A DNA stretch of 64,000 nt from Patescibacteria group bacterium (GCA_041660565.1 JBAZWC010000001.1:238481-302480); one strand, 5' to 3'. Counted from the first letter of the stretch, positions 41,358-51,598 are shown. The notes: generated by a model from the sequence alone, not told the origin. Numbers and translations are program-made.

Positions 41358-41424
41358 CAAAAAAAGTCCGTGTTACGCTCGAACAAAAAATCCGTCACCC
41401 GTCATCTGTTTTCCATTATCCGCT

Positions 41425-42069
41425 TCACTGTTTTTCGGGGCAGATTGGGGTTAGCCCGGCGGCAACTCGAGTAGCTTGCGTGGCCGCATCATACTGACAG
41501 CCAATTGTATAATAATGTGTATTCACGTAGCTATCAGCACTTAAAACATACGTTTCGCGTGCGAGATCATGGCAGCCACCATTGGAATATGTTGTAGCGC
41601 AGCTAACCGAACTATTATTTATCTCTAGTACTGACAAAATTCCATAGGCCATACTGTTGTTGGCGTTCGTTTTTTGAGTATAAACCCAATAATCATAGAC
41701 ATCGTTGGGATTTTTAGTGGCATCATTGGCTTTTGATACCAACAAACCGCCATTACATTTTCCGATTGGGTCAGATGGCAGAGTTGACGCAAATGCGGCT
41801 AGTGCCGGTAGCAATGTGGAAGTCCAGTTACTTGGTGCGCCACCCTGTGATGCACAGGAATAAACATTAGACGCGCCAGCCCCCGGATAAATCGAGTTAG
41901 CCTGTTTATAATTAACCATATTTAGACGAAGCGTCTGCATATCGTTTTTACGAGTAGCATCACGCGCTCTTAAGCGTGCAGATTTAGCGTAATTTAAAGT
42001 CATCGCGGCCAAAATGCCAATAACCGATACGACAATTAATATCTCAATTAGATTGAATGACTTACGCAT
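41425..42069 (-). CDS. type IV pilin-like protein (prepilin N-terminal domain)
   Basis: MRKSFNLIEILIVVSVIGILAAMTL class III signal/N-methylation motif; Cys pairs in the C-terminal globular part. Confidence 0.7.
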   Translation of the reverse strand: MRKSFNLIEILIVVSVIGILAAMTLNYAKSARLRARDATRKNDMQTLRLNMVNYKQANSIYPGAGASNVYSCASQGGAPSNWTSTLLPALAAFASTLPSDPIGKCNGGLLVSKANDATKNPNDVYDYWVYTQKTNANNSMAYGILSVLEINNSSVSCATTYSNGGCHDLARETYVLSADSYVNTHYYTIGCQYDAATQATRVAAGLTPICPEKQ

Positions 42070-42160
42070 ACAATTATTATAATCTGTCTCGGACAGATTA
42101 CAATAAAAATTCGAAATTCAAAGCACCAAGCACTAAATAAATTTGAAAAAAGTTCTTCTT

Positions 42161-42192
42161 GTCATTCCGGGCTTGACCCGGAATCTATATAG
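42161..42192. repeat. palindromic element type A (GTCATTCCGGGCTTGACCCGGAATCTATATAG)
   Basis: identical to the 19237 copy. Confidence 0.75.
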
Positions 42193-42211
42193 AAGAACTC
42201 TTTCATATACT

Positions 42212-42287
42212 GGATCCCGGATACTCCTTACAACCTTGCGATTGAAGTCGTTAGTTTCTATCGAAACAATCAAGTCCGGGATGACAG
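42212..42287. repeat. ~76-nt structured element type C (GGATCCCGGATACTCC ... GTTTCtatcGAAAC ... CAAGTCCGGGATGACA)
   Basis: long-range inverted ends plus internal 5-bp hairpins; second copy at 63905-63986 with compensatory changes. Confidence 0.6.
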
Positions 42288-42306
42288 CAGAATGTGTTTA
42301 TTTCGT

Positions 42307-42789
42307 TTACCCGGTAAACTTGGCAAAGTGAGCAAAGGCCTTGTTGGCGTCTGCCATGCGGTGCATATCGTCTTTTTTCTTCATCGCTGCGCCGGTGTTG
42401 TGATAAGCATCGGTAATTTCTTCGGCCAGAAACTCTGACATTGGTTTGCCTTGTTTGCCGCGAGCAGATGCAATCATCCACTTCATCGCTAAAGTTTGAC
42501 GACGAGCGCGAGGCACTTCAAACGGGATTTGATAGTTTGCGCCACCAATACGTTTACCTTTAACCTCTAACACCGGTGAGGCATTTTTGATAGCGGTATC
42601 AAACACTTCCATTGGGTCTAGGTTGGTTTTTTTGCCAATTTGCTCAAGCGCAGTATAGACAATTTTTTGGGCGACTGATTTTTTGCCATCTAGCAAAATA
42701 TAGTTGATAAACTTACCCAATGCGACGCTTTGATAAACTGGATCAGGTTGGACAATATTAATTTTAGGATGATTTCGGCCTCTTGACAT
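42307..42789 (-). CDS. rpsG: 30S ribosomal protein S7
   Basis: str-operon position; S7 pattern. Confidence 0.9.
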   Translation of the reverse strand: MSRGRNHPKINIVQPDPVYQSVALGKFINYILLDGKKSVAQKIVYTALEQIGKKTNLDPMEVFDTAIKNASPVLEVKGKRIGGANYQIPFEVPRARRQTLAMKWMIASARGKQGKPMSEFLAEEITDAYHNTGAAMKKKDDMHRMADANKAFAHFAKFTG

Positions 42790-42790
42790 A

Positions 42791-43210
42791 TTACTCTTTC
42801 GGTTTCTTGCTGCCGTATAAGCTACGACCTTGTTTGCGTTTCTGTACGCCTTGAGTGTCTAATTTACCACGAATGATGTGGTAGCGCATACCAGGCAAAT
42901 CTTTAACTCGGCCGCCTCTAATTAAAACAACAGAGTGCTCTTGCAAGTTATGACCTTCACCAGGGATGTAAGCGTTTACTTCCATGCCGTTGGTTAATCT
43001 AACACGTGCAAATTTACGCAAAGCGGAGTTTGGCTTTTTTGGGGTCATTGTAGCCACTTTAATACAAACACCACGTTTTTGCGGGCAGCCGTCAATAATA
43101 TTAACCGGTTTGTTTTTCTTAAAGTTAAAGCTACGCTTCAAAGCCAGCACTTTTGATCGGCTGGATTTGATTTTGCGCGGGGTTTTTAATAACTGTGAAA
43201 TTGTTGGCAT
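42791..43210 (-). CDS. rpsL: 30S ribosomal protein S12
   Basis: [13 protein letters not shown]...; [10 protein letters not shown]. Confidence 0.9.
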   Translation of the reverse strand: MPTISQLLKTPRKIKSSRSKVLALKRSFNFKKNKPVNIIDGCPQKRGVCIKVATMTPKKPNSALRKFARVRLTNGMEVNAYIPGEGHNLQEHSVVLIRGGRVKDLPGMRYHIIRGKLDTQGVQKRKQGRSLYGSKKPKE

Positions 43211-43276
43211 TCAGGTCCTTATGAATTAGATATTGTTTACATTTTAACAGGTTGAAGGTCCAAAGTCAAACACCAA

Positions 43277-43352
43277 TTCTTGTTCGAGCGATAGCGAGAA
43301 CTACGCTATAGATAGTTCTCGTCAACGCTTGCAGCGGTTCCTCGAACAAGAA
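43277..43352. repeat. empty copy of the palindromic element that carries GIY-YIG at 18543-18895
   Basis: ttcttgttcgagcgatagcgagaactacgctatag | atagttctcgtcaacgcttgcagcggttcctcgaacaagaa; 12-bp and 9-bp arms perfectly inverted. Confidence 0.7.
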
Positions 43353-43360
43353 CAATGGAA

Positions 43361-46300
43361 CTAGGCGGACTTAACCACCTCATCGCGTACCGGTTTTACC
43401 ACTGGCATATCTGTCGGTTCCAACTCGGCTTTATCTATTAAAGTATTCTCTTCGGTAACCGCTAATTCAACCACTGTGTCCAAACCGGTTCCGGCCGGGA
43501 TTAGCTTACCAATAATCACATTTTCTTTTAATCCACGTAGGTGATCAATTTTACCGGTGGTGGCAGCGCCAATTAACACCGATGTGGTTTCTTGGAAACT
43601 GGCTGCGGACAAGAAGCTATCGGTCAAAATGGCTACGCGGGTAATACCTAGAATCATATCTTCGGCAGTGGCCAACGCGCCTTTTTTGGCTTTGGCTTCT
43701 TTGTTTTCGTTGTTTAGGCGAATGCGGTCGGTAATTTGGCCCGGCAATAGCGAAGTTGAGCCGGAATCTAACACGCGCACTTTAGATGACATTCGTTTAA
43801 CAATCACTTCAACGTGCTTGTTGTTAATGCTTTGTCCTTGAGATGCGTAGATAGACTGTACTTCTTCAATGATATATTTCTGTACCGCACTGAAACCAAT
43901 AATGTCAACCGCGGATAACAGATCCAAGTGGCCTTCGGTAATGCGATCACCCATTTTAACTTTATCACCATGTTTAACTAACACGTTAATGACCGATGGA
44001 ACACGATATTCTTTGGTAACTTTGTCACCGGATTCAACAAAGACCGCGGTCTTGGTGAATCGTACATTTCCGGCAATTCCGGATCTAATAGCCACACCGT
44101 TTGGATTGGTAGCTAAAATGCGTTTTGGTTTTACCGCTTCGCCATTTTCAACCACCACGGTGTATTCCGGAGTTAGTTTGTGTTCTTCTTGTTTCTCGTG
44201 ATCTGAGGTAATTTTAATTAATTTGTCTTCTTTGTCTTCGGTAATTGATACTTTACCATCTACCTCTGCCAATACGGCGGCGTTTCTAGGCAAGCGACAT
44301 TCTAACAGCTCTTCAACTCGTGGCAAACCAGAGGTAATGTCTGCAGCCGAAGCTACACCACCCATGTGGAAGTTTCTCATGGTTAGCTGAGTTCCCGGCT
44401 CACCAATGGCTTGGGCGGCCATAATACCAATTACTTGGCCTTTTTCTACCATTTTTCCGGTAGCTAGGTTTTCACCGTAGCACAGCTGACAAACCCCAAA
44501 ATCGGCTTGGCAATGCAACAGCGTTCTAATAGTAACCGATTCTACTCCGGCCTCTACCAGCTGATCGTAAACTGATTCGGTAATTAAGGTGTTACGTTTA
44601 ATTTTACCGGCATTTTTAGCCAAAACACGCCCAATAATCGCTTCCTTGGCACCAACGCCAAAGTCGGTTGAGTAGCTGAGCGAGATCTCCATGCCTTCTT
44701 CGGTTTGGCAATCTTCGGCGGTAATAATAATATCTTGAGATACATCTACCAATCTTCGGGTTAGATATCCCGCTTCAGAAGTTCTAAGTGCGGTGTCAGC
44801 ACGTCCTTTTCTGGATCCGTGAGACGAGTTAAAGTATTCAAACACCGACAAACCTTCTTTAAAGTTGCTAATCATTGGCAATTCGATAATATCTCCGGAT
44901 GGGTTCACCACCAATCCTTTCATACCAGCCATCTGAGTCAACTGAGTATTTGAACCACGAGCACCACTGGTAATCATGGCGTAAATTGGGCTGTTTTTGT
45001 CAAATTGTGATAACATTTCTTTCTGAATTTCGGCCACCACGTCTAACCATAACTGAACTACGCTCTGATAACGCTCTTGTTCGGTGATCAAACCGCGATT
45101 AAACTGTTTTTCGATCAATTCAACGTTATTTTCGGCAGTTTTGATAATTTCACCCTTATTGGCCGGCACTTGAACATCGCTCATAGAGAATGTCATACCG
45201 GAAAGGGTGCTGTGTTTAAAGCCTAATGATTTAACGCGGTCCACAAAACCGGCGGTCTCGTCGGTGCCGCATTTTTCAAACACTTCTTTAACCACTTTGC
45301 GCAAAGCGCGTTTGTCCATCACTTCGTTTTTGAACGCCAAGTTGGTGGGCAAAATATCGTTAAAGATAATGCGTCCAATACAAGTTTCAATGATTTCATC
45401 ATCAATTTTGACTTTAATTTTAGAGTTAATGTCTATTACTTGATGATAAAATGCCATGCGCGCTTCATCGCGGCTGGAGAAGATTTTACCTTCGCCACGT
45501 TTGCCTTCTTTAATGGTGGTGATGTAGAAACAACCAAGCACCATATCTAGCGATGGGGTCACAATTGGCTCACCAGAGGATGGTTTTAGCAAGTTGTGGC
45601 TGGATACCATAATGCTGCCGGCCTCGGCTTGCGCTTGAGCGGATAGCGGAATGTGCACAGCCATTTGGTCACCATCAAAGTCTGCGTTAAAGGCGGAACA
45701 AACTAAAGGATGAATCTGAATAGCCTTACCCTCAATCAAAATTGGTTTGAAGGCTTGAATACCCAATCGGTGCAAGGTGGGGGCGCGGTTTAGCAATACG
45801 TAGTGCTGAGACGTAATTTCTTCCAAAATATCCCACACAAACGAATCACCTTGCTCAATTAACCGGGTGGCGTTTTTAACGTTATGAACGTAACCATCAG
45901 AAATCAGCCGGCCAATAATAAATGGCTTAAATAGCTCTAGCGCCATCATTTTTGGCAAACCACATTCGTTTAGTTTCAAGTTAGGTCCAACCACAATCAC
46001 GGATCGTCCAGAGTAGTCAACCCGTTTTCCAAGCAAGTTCTGGCGGAAACGGCCTTGTTTGCCTCGTAACAAATCGGACAGTGAACGCAATTTACGTTTT
46101 GATCCAACAGAAGCGACAGCTTTCCCGCGGCGGGCGTTGTTGTCAATTAAAGCATCAACCGCTTCTTGCAACATGCGTTTTTCGTTGCGAGCGATAACTT
46201 CTGGCGCACCTTGCGATAGCAATTTCTTTAAGCGATTGTTGCGGTTTAACACGCGACGATACAAATCATTAAGGTCTGAGGCGGCAAAACGGCCACCATC

Positions 46301-47176
46301 TAGCTGCACCATTGGGCGCAAATCTGGTGGAATAACCGGAATGCGAGTTTGCACCAACCAAGTTGGGCTAATACCGGCTTCTCTAAGATCGATGAGCAAT
46401 TTTAAGCGTTTCACCATCTTGCGTTTGGCGGTACCGGTAGCGGTGCGAGCATCGTCGGTAATTTGGGTGATAATAGCGTTAACATCAATCCGTTTTAGTA
46501 ACTCCAAAATGGCTTCGGCACCAATGCCCACGCGCACAATGTGCCCGTATTTCAATGAAATATCGTGATATCGGCTTTCCGAGATAATCTGGTTAGAACC
46601 TAAATTATTTAATTCGGTTTTAGCAGATTTGTATGCCGCTTCTACTTCGGCTGCCGAGGCGTCGTTTTTACCTAAACTGGAGTCTTTATACTCTTTAAAT
46701 TCCAATTCAAGTTGTTCTAATGTTTGCTGGCGAATAGTTTCGTTCACTTCAATAATGACAAAACCGGCAAAGTAAATTACCTTTTCCAGCTCGGAAACTG
46801 TCATATTTAATAACGTGCCCAAAATGCTTGGAATACCGTGAATGTACCAAACGTGAGCTACCGGCACTGCTAAATCAATATGCCCTAAGCGCTCTCGTCT
46901 AACGGCACTACGCGTTACTTCTACGCCACATTTATCACAAACCACACCTTTATAGCGGATTTTACGATATTTGCCACAGTAACATTCCCAGTCTTTGGTT
47001 GGTCCAAAAATGCGCTCGTCAAATAAACCGTCGCGCTCTGGTTTTTGGGTGCGATAGTTAATAGTTTCCGGTTTGGTAACTTCACCGTGTGACCAAGCTA
47101 AAATTTCGTCCGGGCTAGCAATAGCAATACGAACAGCGGCGAATAAATCTTGACTTTGAGTGTCTTCGTACTTCAT
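43361..47176 (-). CDS. rpoC: DNA-directed RNA polymerase beta' subunit (start trimmed to MKYEDTQSQDLFAAVRIAIASPDEI)
   Basis: aaggag RBS before ATG 47176; the longer ORF would overlap rpoB by 53 nt; NADFDGD motif. Confidence 0.95.
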   Translation of the reverse strand: MKYEDTQSQDLFAAVRIAIASPDEILAWSHGEVTKPETINYRTQKPERDGLFDERIFGPTKDWECYCGKYRKIRYKGVVCDKCGVEVTRSAVRRERLGHIDLAVPVAHVWYIHGIPSILGTLLNMTVSELEKVIYFAGFVIIEVNETIRQQTLEQLELEFKEYKDSSLGKNDASAAEVEAAYKSAKTELNNLGSNQIISESRYHDISLKYGHIVRVGIGAEAILELLKRIDVNAIITQITDDARTATGTAKRKMVKRLKLLIDLREAGISPTWLVQTRIPVIPPDLRPMVQLDGGRFAASDLNDLYRRVLNRNNRLKKLLSQGAPEVIARNEKRMLQEAVDALIDNNARRGKAVASVGSKRKLRSLSDLLRGKQGRFRQNLLGKRVDYSGRSVIVVGPNLKLNECGLPKMMALELFKPFIIGRLISDGYVHNVKNATRLIEQGDSFVWDILEEITSQHYVLLNRAPTLHRLGIQAFKPILIEGKAIQIHPLVCSAFNADFDGDQMAVHIPLSAQAQAEAGSIMVSSHNLLKPSSGEPIVTPSLDMVLGCFYITTIKEGKRGEGKIFSSRDEARMAFYHQVIDINSKIKVKIDDEIIETCIGRIIFNDILPTNLAFKNEVMDKRALRKVVKEVFEKCGTDETAGFVDRVKSLGFKHSTLSGMTFSMSDVQVPANKGEIIKTAENNVELIEKQFNRGLITEQERYQSVVQLWLDVVAEIQKEMLSQFDKNSPIYAMITSGARGSNTQLTQMAGMKGLVVNPSGDIIELPMISNFKEGLSVFEYFNSSHGSRKGRADTALRTSEAGYLTRRLVDVSQDIIITAEDCQTEEGMEISLSYSTDFGVGAKEAIIGRVLAKNAGKIKRNTLITESVYDQLVEAGVESVTIRTLLHCQADFGVCQLCYGENLATGKMVEKGQVIGIMAAQAIGEPGTQLTMRNFHMGGVASAADITSGLPRVEELLECRLPRNAAVLAEVDGKVSITEDKEDKLIKITSDHEKQEEHKLTPEYTVVVENGEAVKPKRILATNPNGVAIRSGIAGNVRFTKTAVFVESGDKVTKEYRVPSVINVLVKHGDKVKMGDRITEGHLDLLSAVDIIGFSAVQKYIIEEVQSIYASQGQSINNKHVEVIVKRMSSKVRVLDSGSTSLLPGQITDRIRLNNENKEAKAKKGALATAEDMILGITRVAILTDSFLSAASFQETTSVLIGAATTGKIDHLRGLKENVIIGKLIPAGTGLDTVVELAVTEENTLIDKAELEPTDMPVVKPVRDEVVKSA

Positions 47177-47186
47177 TTCTTCTCCT

Positions 47187-50100
47187 TTATGCTTCTTCAG
47201 CAGCTGCGACAGGCTCTGACAACTCGTCATCACTGCCAATTTCGGTTACTAATTTATCCACTGCTTCTTCGTCTTCAATCATGCCGCCAACCGGCTCGTT
47301 TAAGATTTCTTCTAAGGTTTCACCAGTGTCAGAGACCGGCGCCATCGCCTTTTTGGCCTCTTCCAAATGAATTTCAAAGTTTTTGGCGTCTTCATCGCTT
47401 AACAACTGAACCGACAAGCCTAAGCTTTGCAACTCTTTAACCAACACGTTAAACGATTCCGGAATAGATGGTTTTTGAATTGGATCGCCCTTAATAATGG
47501 CTTCGTAAACTTTGCTTCTACCCACGGTGTCATCGGATTTAACCGTCAACATTTCTTGCAAAGTATGAGCGGCACCATAAGCCTCTAATGCCCAAACTTC
47601 CATTTCTCCGAATCGCTGGCCACCAAACTGGGCTTTTCCACCCAATGGCTGCTGGGTGATCATGGAGTATGGTCCAACTGAACGAGCGTGCATCTTGTCA
47701 TCAACCAAGTGAGACAATTTCATGATGTAGTTAATACCGGTGGTAGTAGTGTGATCAAAACCGGCGCCGCTGCGGCCATCAAACAACTGAATTTTGCCGG
47801 TCTTAGGCAATTTGGCTTTCTCTAAGTAAGTTTGAATCTGCTCCCAACTTAAACCTTCAAATACCGGGCTGGCTACTTTGATGTTTAAGGTGTTGGCGGC
47901 CCAGCCTAGGTGAGTCTCTAAAATCTGACCCAAGTTCATACGGGAAACCACACCCAGCGGGTTAAGAATGATGTCTACCGGCGTGCCATCTGGCATATAC
48001 GGCATATCTTCTACCGGCAAAATGGTAGAAATAACACCTTTGTTACCGTGACGTCCGGCTAATTTATCACCAACCGCAATTTTACGTAACTGAGCCACCG
48101 AGATTTCTACTTGCTGATAAACACCGGCTGGCAACTCATCACCCTGATCTTTATTAAATAATTTAATCTCAACCACTTTACCGCGTTCGCCGTGAGGCAA
48201 GCGCAAAGAGGCGTCTCGGACGTCTTTGGCTTTTTCACCAAAGATGGCGCGTAACAATTTTTCTTCGGCAGACAACTCGGTCTCACCTTTAGGCGTAATT
48301 TTACCCACCAAAATGTCGCCGGTCTCTACCTCTGCACCAATGCGCACAATACCGCTTTCGTCTAAGTTAGACAGCGCTTCTTCGGACACGTTTGGGATAT
48401 CTTGAGTGATTACTTCTGGCCCCAATTTAGTGTCTCGTACTTCACAAACGTATTTTTCGATGTGAATAGAGGTGAAACGATCTCGATGTAACATGCGCTC
48501 GGAAATAATGATAGCATCTTCAAAGTTACCACCACCCCAGCTCATAAACGCCACCAAAACGTTCTGACCCAAGGCCAGCTCGCCTTTATCGGTGGCAGAG
48601 CTATCGGCAATCACCTGACCCTTAACCACGTGTTGCTCAACATCTACAATTGGACGTTGGTTAATACAAGTGGCCTGGTTTGATCGCACAAATTTCTGTA
48701 ATTTATAAACTTTTTTCTCTTTAGTATCGTCTTCCAACACGGTAATGTGATGGGCGGTTGATTCCAAAACCGTACCAGACTCATCGGCAATAATAATCTG
48801 ACCGGAGTCGTAAGCGGCCTCGTACTCCATACCAGTACCCACCACCGGAGATTGCGGCACAATAACCGGCACAGCTTGACGTTGCATGTTTGCACCCATC
48901 AACGCGCGCGCGGCTTCATCGTGTTCAATGAACGGGATCAAGGAAGCCGAAATACCCAAAATCTGTTTCGGCGAAACATCAATATATTGAATTTTCTTAG
49001 TATCTTCAACCGCCGGCTCACCAAATCTACGCACCAAAGTACGAACTTCTGTAAAGTAGCCGTCTTTGTCAATTGGAGCTGAGGCTGGAGCAATGATGTG
49101 ACGCTCTTCGGTGGCGGCATCTAAATAATCAATTTTATCACTAACCTTGGTCTTGCCATCAATCTGCTCAACTTTGCGGTAAGGTGATTCGATAAAACCG
49201 TAATCATTCACCCGTCCGTAAGAAGCCAAATAGCCCACCAACCCAATGTTCGGGCCTTCTGGGGTTTCAATTGGGCAAATGCGGCCGTAATGAGTAGGAT
49301 GAACGTCTCGAACTTCGAAACCGGCGCGCTCACGAGAAAGTCCACCCGGACCGGTAGCGGAAAGCGTGCGCTTGTTACCAAGCTCGGCTAGCGGGTTAGT
49401 CTGGCTCATAAACTGTGATAACTGAGATGAGGCAAAGAACTCTTGCAACACCGCCATAATTGGGCGCGAGTTAACCAACTGCGCCGGCGTAACGGTGGCA
49501 ATGTCTGAGACGCTCATGCGATCTTTAACAATACGTTCCATACGCAACAAACCAACGCGAATTTTAGCCTGCACCAATTCACCCACGGCGCGAACGCGGC
49601 GGTTGGCTAAGTGATCGATATCATCTTTCTTAGCAGTTGGATCGTTATTTAATCTAATTACTTCTTTAACGATGGCGATAAAATCATCCATCCGCAAAAT
49701 TCGATTCTCAACTACGTCTTTAACCTGCAAATTCAAACGAATGTTCATGCGATAACGGCCAACGCGCCCAAGATCGTAGCGTTTGTTATTAAAGAACAAC
49801 ATATTCAAGAACGAACGTGCGCCTTCTGGGTTAGCCAAGTCTCCCGGGCGAATCTTTTTATAAACTTCTACCACGGCCTGATCTTCGCTTTTAGTCACGT
49901 CTTTTTCAAGTGTGGCGTTAATGTACTGGTGATCTGGATTAGTATCTACATCTTTAAACAAATCACGAATAGCATCGTCGTTAGCGTAACCAAAAGCACG
50001 CAAGAACGTAGTGACATTAATGCGGCGTTTGCGATCAATTTTAACCGTAATCACGTCTTTAGCGTTAGTTTCAACTTCTAACCATGCGCCGCGGTTAGGA

Positions 50101-50579
50101 ATAATTTTAGCGCCAAATAAGTTGCGGCCGGGCACTTCATCGTTAGCAAAAAGTACGCCATATGAGCGTACAATCTGGGTAACAACCACACGCTCAATAC
50201 CGTTAATAATAAAGGTGCCGCGTTTGGTCATCAACGGGAAATCACCCAAAAAGACATCGCTCTCTTTAATTTCACCGGTTTCTTTGTTCAACAAGCTAGC
50301 GCGAGCCTTAAATGGGGCTTTGTAAGTTAAGTTTTTGTCGCGCGCCATTTCTTCGGTAATGCGCGATTTGTCTAGGGTTGGAGAGCTAAAAGTAAGCGAC
50401 AAGCTTTTGCCGGTAAAATCTTCTATTGGATTAATCTCGTCTAAAAGCTCTTGAACACCTTGCTCAAACAACCATTTATATGAGTTCGTCTGAATTTCGA
50501 TAAGGTTTGGTAACTTGGTGGGGTTTGGATTACCGGATAAATAGATTCTTTCTGGCTTAGTGCTTGCACTTTTACTCAT
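47187..50579 (-). CDS. rpoB: DNA-directed RNA polymerase beta subunit
   Basis: 1130 aa; conserved beta-subunit blocks; agggag RBS before ATG 50579. Confidence 0.95.
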   Translation of the reverse strand: MSKSASTKPERIYLSGNPNPTKLPNLIEIQTNSYKWLFEQGVQELLDEINPIEDFTGKSLSLTFSSPTLDKSRITEEMARDKNLTYKAPFKARASLLNKETGEIKESDVFLGDFPLMTKRGTFIINGIERVVVTQIVRSYGVLFANDEVPGRNLFGAKIIPNRGAWLEVETNAKDVITVKIDRKRRINVTTFLRAFGYANDDAIRDLFKDVDTNPDHQYINATLEKDVTKSEDQAVVEVYKKIRPGDLANPEGARSFLNMLFFNNKRYDLGRVGRYRMNIRLNLQVKDVVENRILRMDDFIAIVKEVIRLNNDPTAKKDDIDHLANRRVRAVGELVQAKIRVGLLRMERIVKDRMSVSDIATVTPAQLVNSRPIMAVLQEFFASSQLSQFMSQTNPLAELGNKRTLSATGPGGLSRERAGFEVRDVHPTHYGRICPIETPEGPNIGLVGYLASYGRVNDYGFIESPYRKVEQIDGKTKVSDKIDYLDAATEERHIIAPASAPIDKDGYFTEVRTLVRRFGEPAVEDTKKIQYIDVSPKQILGISASLIPFIEHDEAARALMGANMQRQAVPVIVPQSPVVGTGMEYEAAYDSGQIIIADESGTVLESTAHHITVLEDDTKEKKVYKLQKFVRSNQATCINQRPIVDVEQHVVKGQVIADSSATDKGELALGQNVLVAFMSWGGGNFEDAIIISERMLHRDRFTSIHIEKYVCEVRDTKLGPEVITQDIPNVSEEALSNLDESGIVRIGAEVETGDILVGKITPKGETELSAEEKLLRAIFGEKAKDVRDASLRLPHGERGKVVEIKLFNKDQGDELPAGVYQQVEISVAQLRKIAVGDKLAGRHGNKGVISTILPVEDMPYMPDGTPVDIILNPLGVVSRMNLGQILETHLGWAANTLNIKVASPVFEGLSWEQIQTYLEKAKLPKTGKIQLFDGRSGAGFDHTTTTGINYIMKLSHLVDDKMHARSVGPYSMITQQPLGGKAQFGGQRFGEMEVWALEAYGAAHTLQEMLTVKSDDTVGRSKVYEAIIKGDPIQKPSIPESFNVLVKELQSLGLSVQLLSDEDAKNFEIHLEEAKKAMAPVSDTGETLEEILNEPVGGMIEDEEAVDKLVTEIGSDDELSEPVAAAEEA

Positions 50580-51035
50580 CACATTTCTCCCTTTGTTATC
50601 GAAACTATATTATTTATATATATTAGATTTGGGTGATAATACGCATCACAGTTTGTCATTTCGACTCCCTCCGGGCGTAGTCTACGGGCAGAGCCTCGAG
50701 CGTTGTCTCGAGGGTGGAGAAATCTTCATAAAGAGTTCTCCTCGGTTCCGTTCTCTGTCCTCTGTCATCTGTTTTCCGAATTTACACAAAACGGCCGGTT
50801 CTGCTTGGATAGCAGAAACAGCCTGCTTAATGTCAGGACTTAAGCCGAAATTATTACCATGAGGCTCCGACGTTTGGCTAATCTATATTTAGGCTATCAA
50901 AAGTTTGATAGCTTGTCAACCCCCTGGCAACGAGGGGTTGCCAAAATTTTAAATTTTAAATTTTAAATTTGAAATTGGTCGAATTTTTGTTTTTAGATAG
51001 TCTTTCACCCGGATTGTCATTCCGGGCTCGACCCG

Positions 51036-51120
51036 GAATCTATATAAATAGAACATCCATACGCAGTTCAAATTATAAATTTCAAAATGTAAATTCACCC
51101 ACCCGCCTTGCTCTTTACTC
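51036..51120. repeat. composite element: type A palindrome + AACATCCATACGCAGT + AT-rich AAATTTCAAAATGTAAATT
   Basis: near-identical composite at 52266-52348. Confidence 0.7.
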
Positions 51121-51190
51121 TTATATATGTTATTATATTGGCATACTGAGCGCCATTGCTCAGAATTCGGTTCACAATAAGGAGTCCGTG

Positions 51191-51481
51191 ATGCGACACG
51201 CTCAAGGCGGGAAAATCCGAGGCAAGCACACGAGCATCATCGACGAGGCCGAGTCGCTGATTAAGGCGGTGGACGGCCTGGCGTGCGTTACTGGAGTGAG
51301 TCTTGGATTCATCCAGCACACCAAAGGGCGCCCAGTCCCGAAGAACCTCAAGTTCCTTGACGTGGATGCCGGGCTGCAACTCACCGTTCGCGCCCCAAAG
51401 ACGGTTCAGACGCTGATTGTCTATACCAGCGACCGAACCGGCACGGCAAAAGCGCTTTGCGAGGCCTTCTACAAGAAGTGA
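51191..51481 (+). CDS. GC-rich small hypothetical protein (96 aa)
   Basis: taaggag RBS + ATG 51191; ~58% GC; ends in a terminator shared with the next cassette. Confidence 0.4.
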   Translation: MRHAQGGKIRGKHTSIIDEAESLIKAVDGLACVTGVSLGFIQHTKGRPVPKNLKFLDVDAGLQLTVRAPKTVQTLIVYTSDRTGTAKALCEAFYKK

Positions 51482-51505
51482 CCTCGCGCCCATCACCATC
51501 CACCA

Positions 51506-51548
51506 GGCCGGCAGTCCACCACGGACTCCCGGCCTAATTCTTTGCTTA
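51506..51548 (+). terminator. rho-independent terminator ggccggcagtccaccacggactcccggcc + taattctttgc
   Basis: nested GC hairpin + T-rich tail; duplicated verbatim at 52046-52090. Confidence 0.6.
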
Positions 51549-51556
51549 TTTATCTT

Positions 51557-51598
51557 GTCATTCCGGTCCGCCGGCTGGCGGATAATCCGGAATCTACA
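51557..51598. repeat. palindromic element type A variant with extended loop (GTCATTCCGGtccgccggctggcggataaTCCGGAATCTACATA)
   Basis: same stem as type A; loop forms its own hairpin. Confidence 0.65.

Noticed and set aside
50969-51481. 170-aa ORF spanning a palindromic element
   Set aside because: The upstream 70 codons read through the GTCATTCCGG repeat and AT-rich motif; the real gene most likely starts at the internal ATG 51191 with an AAGGAG RBS
51095-51499. 134-aa minus-strand ORF opposite the GC-rich mini-gene
   Set aside because: Antisense frame of a GC-rich ORF; the plus-strand gene has promoter, RBS and terminator while the minus frame has none
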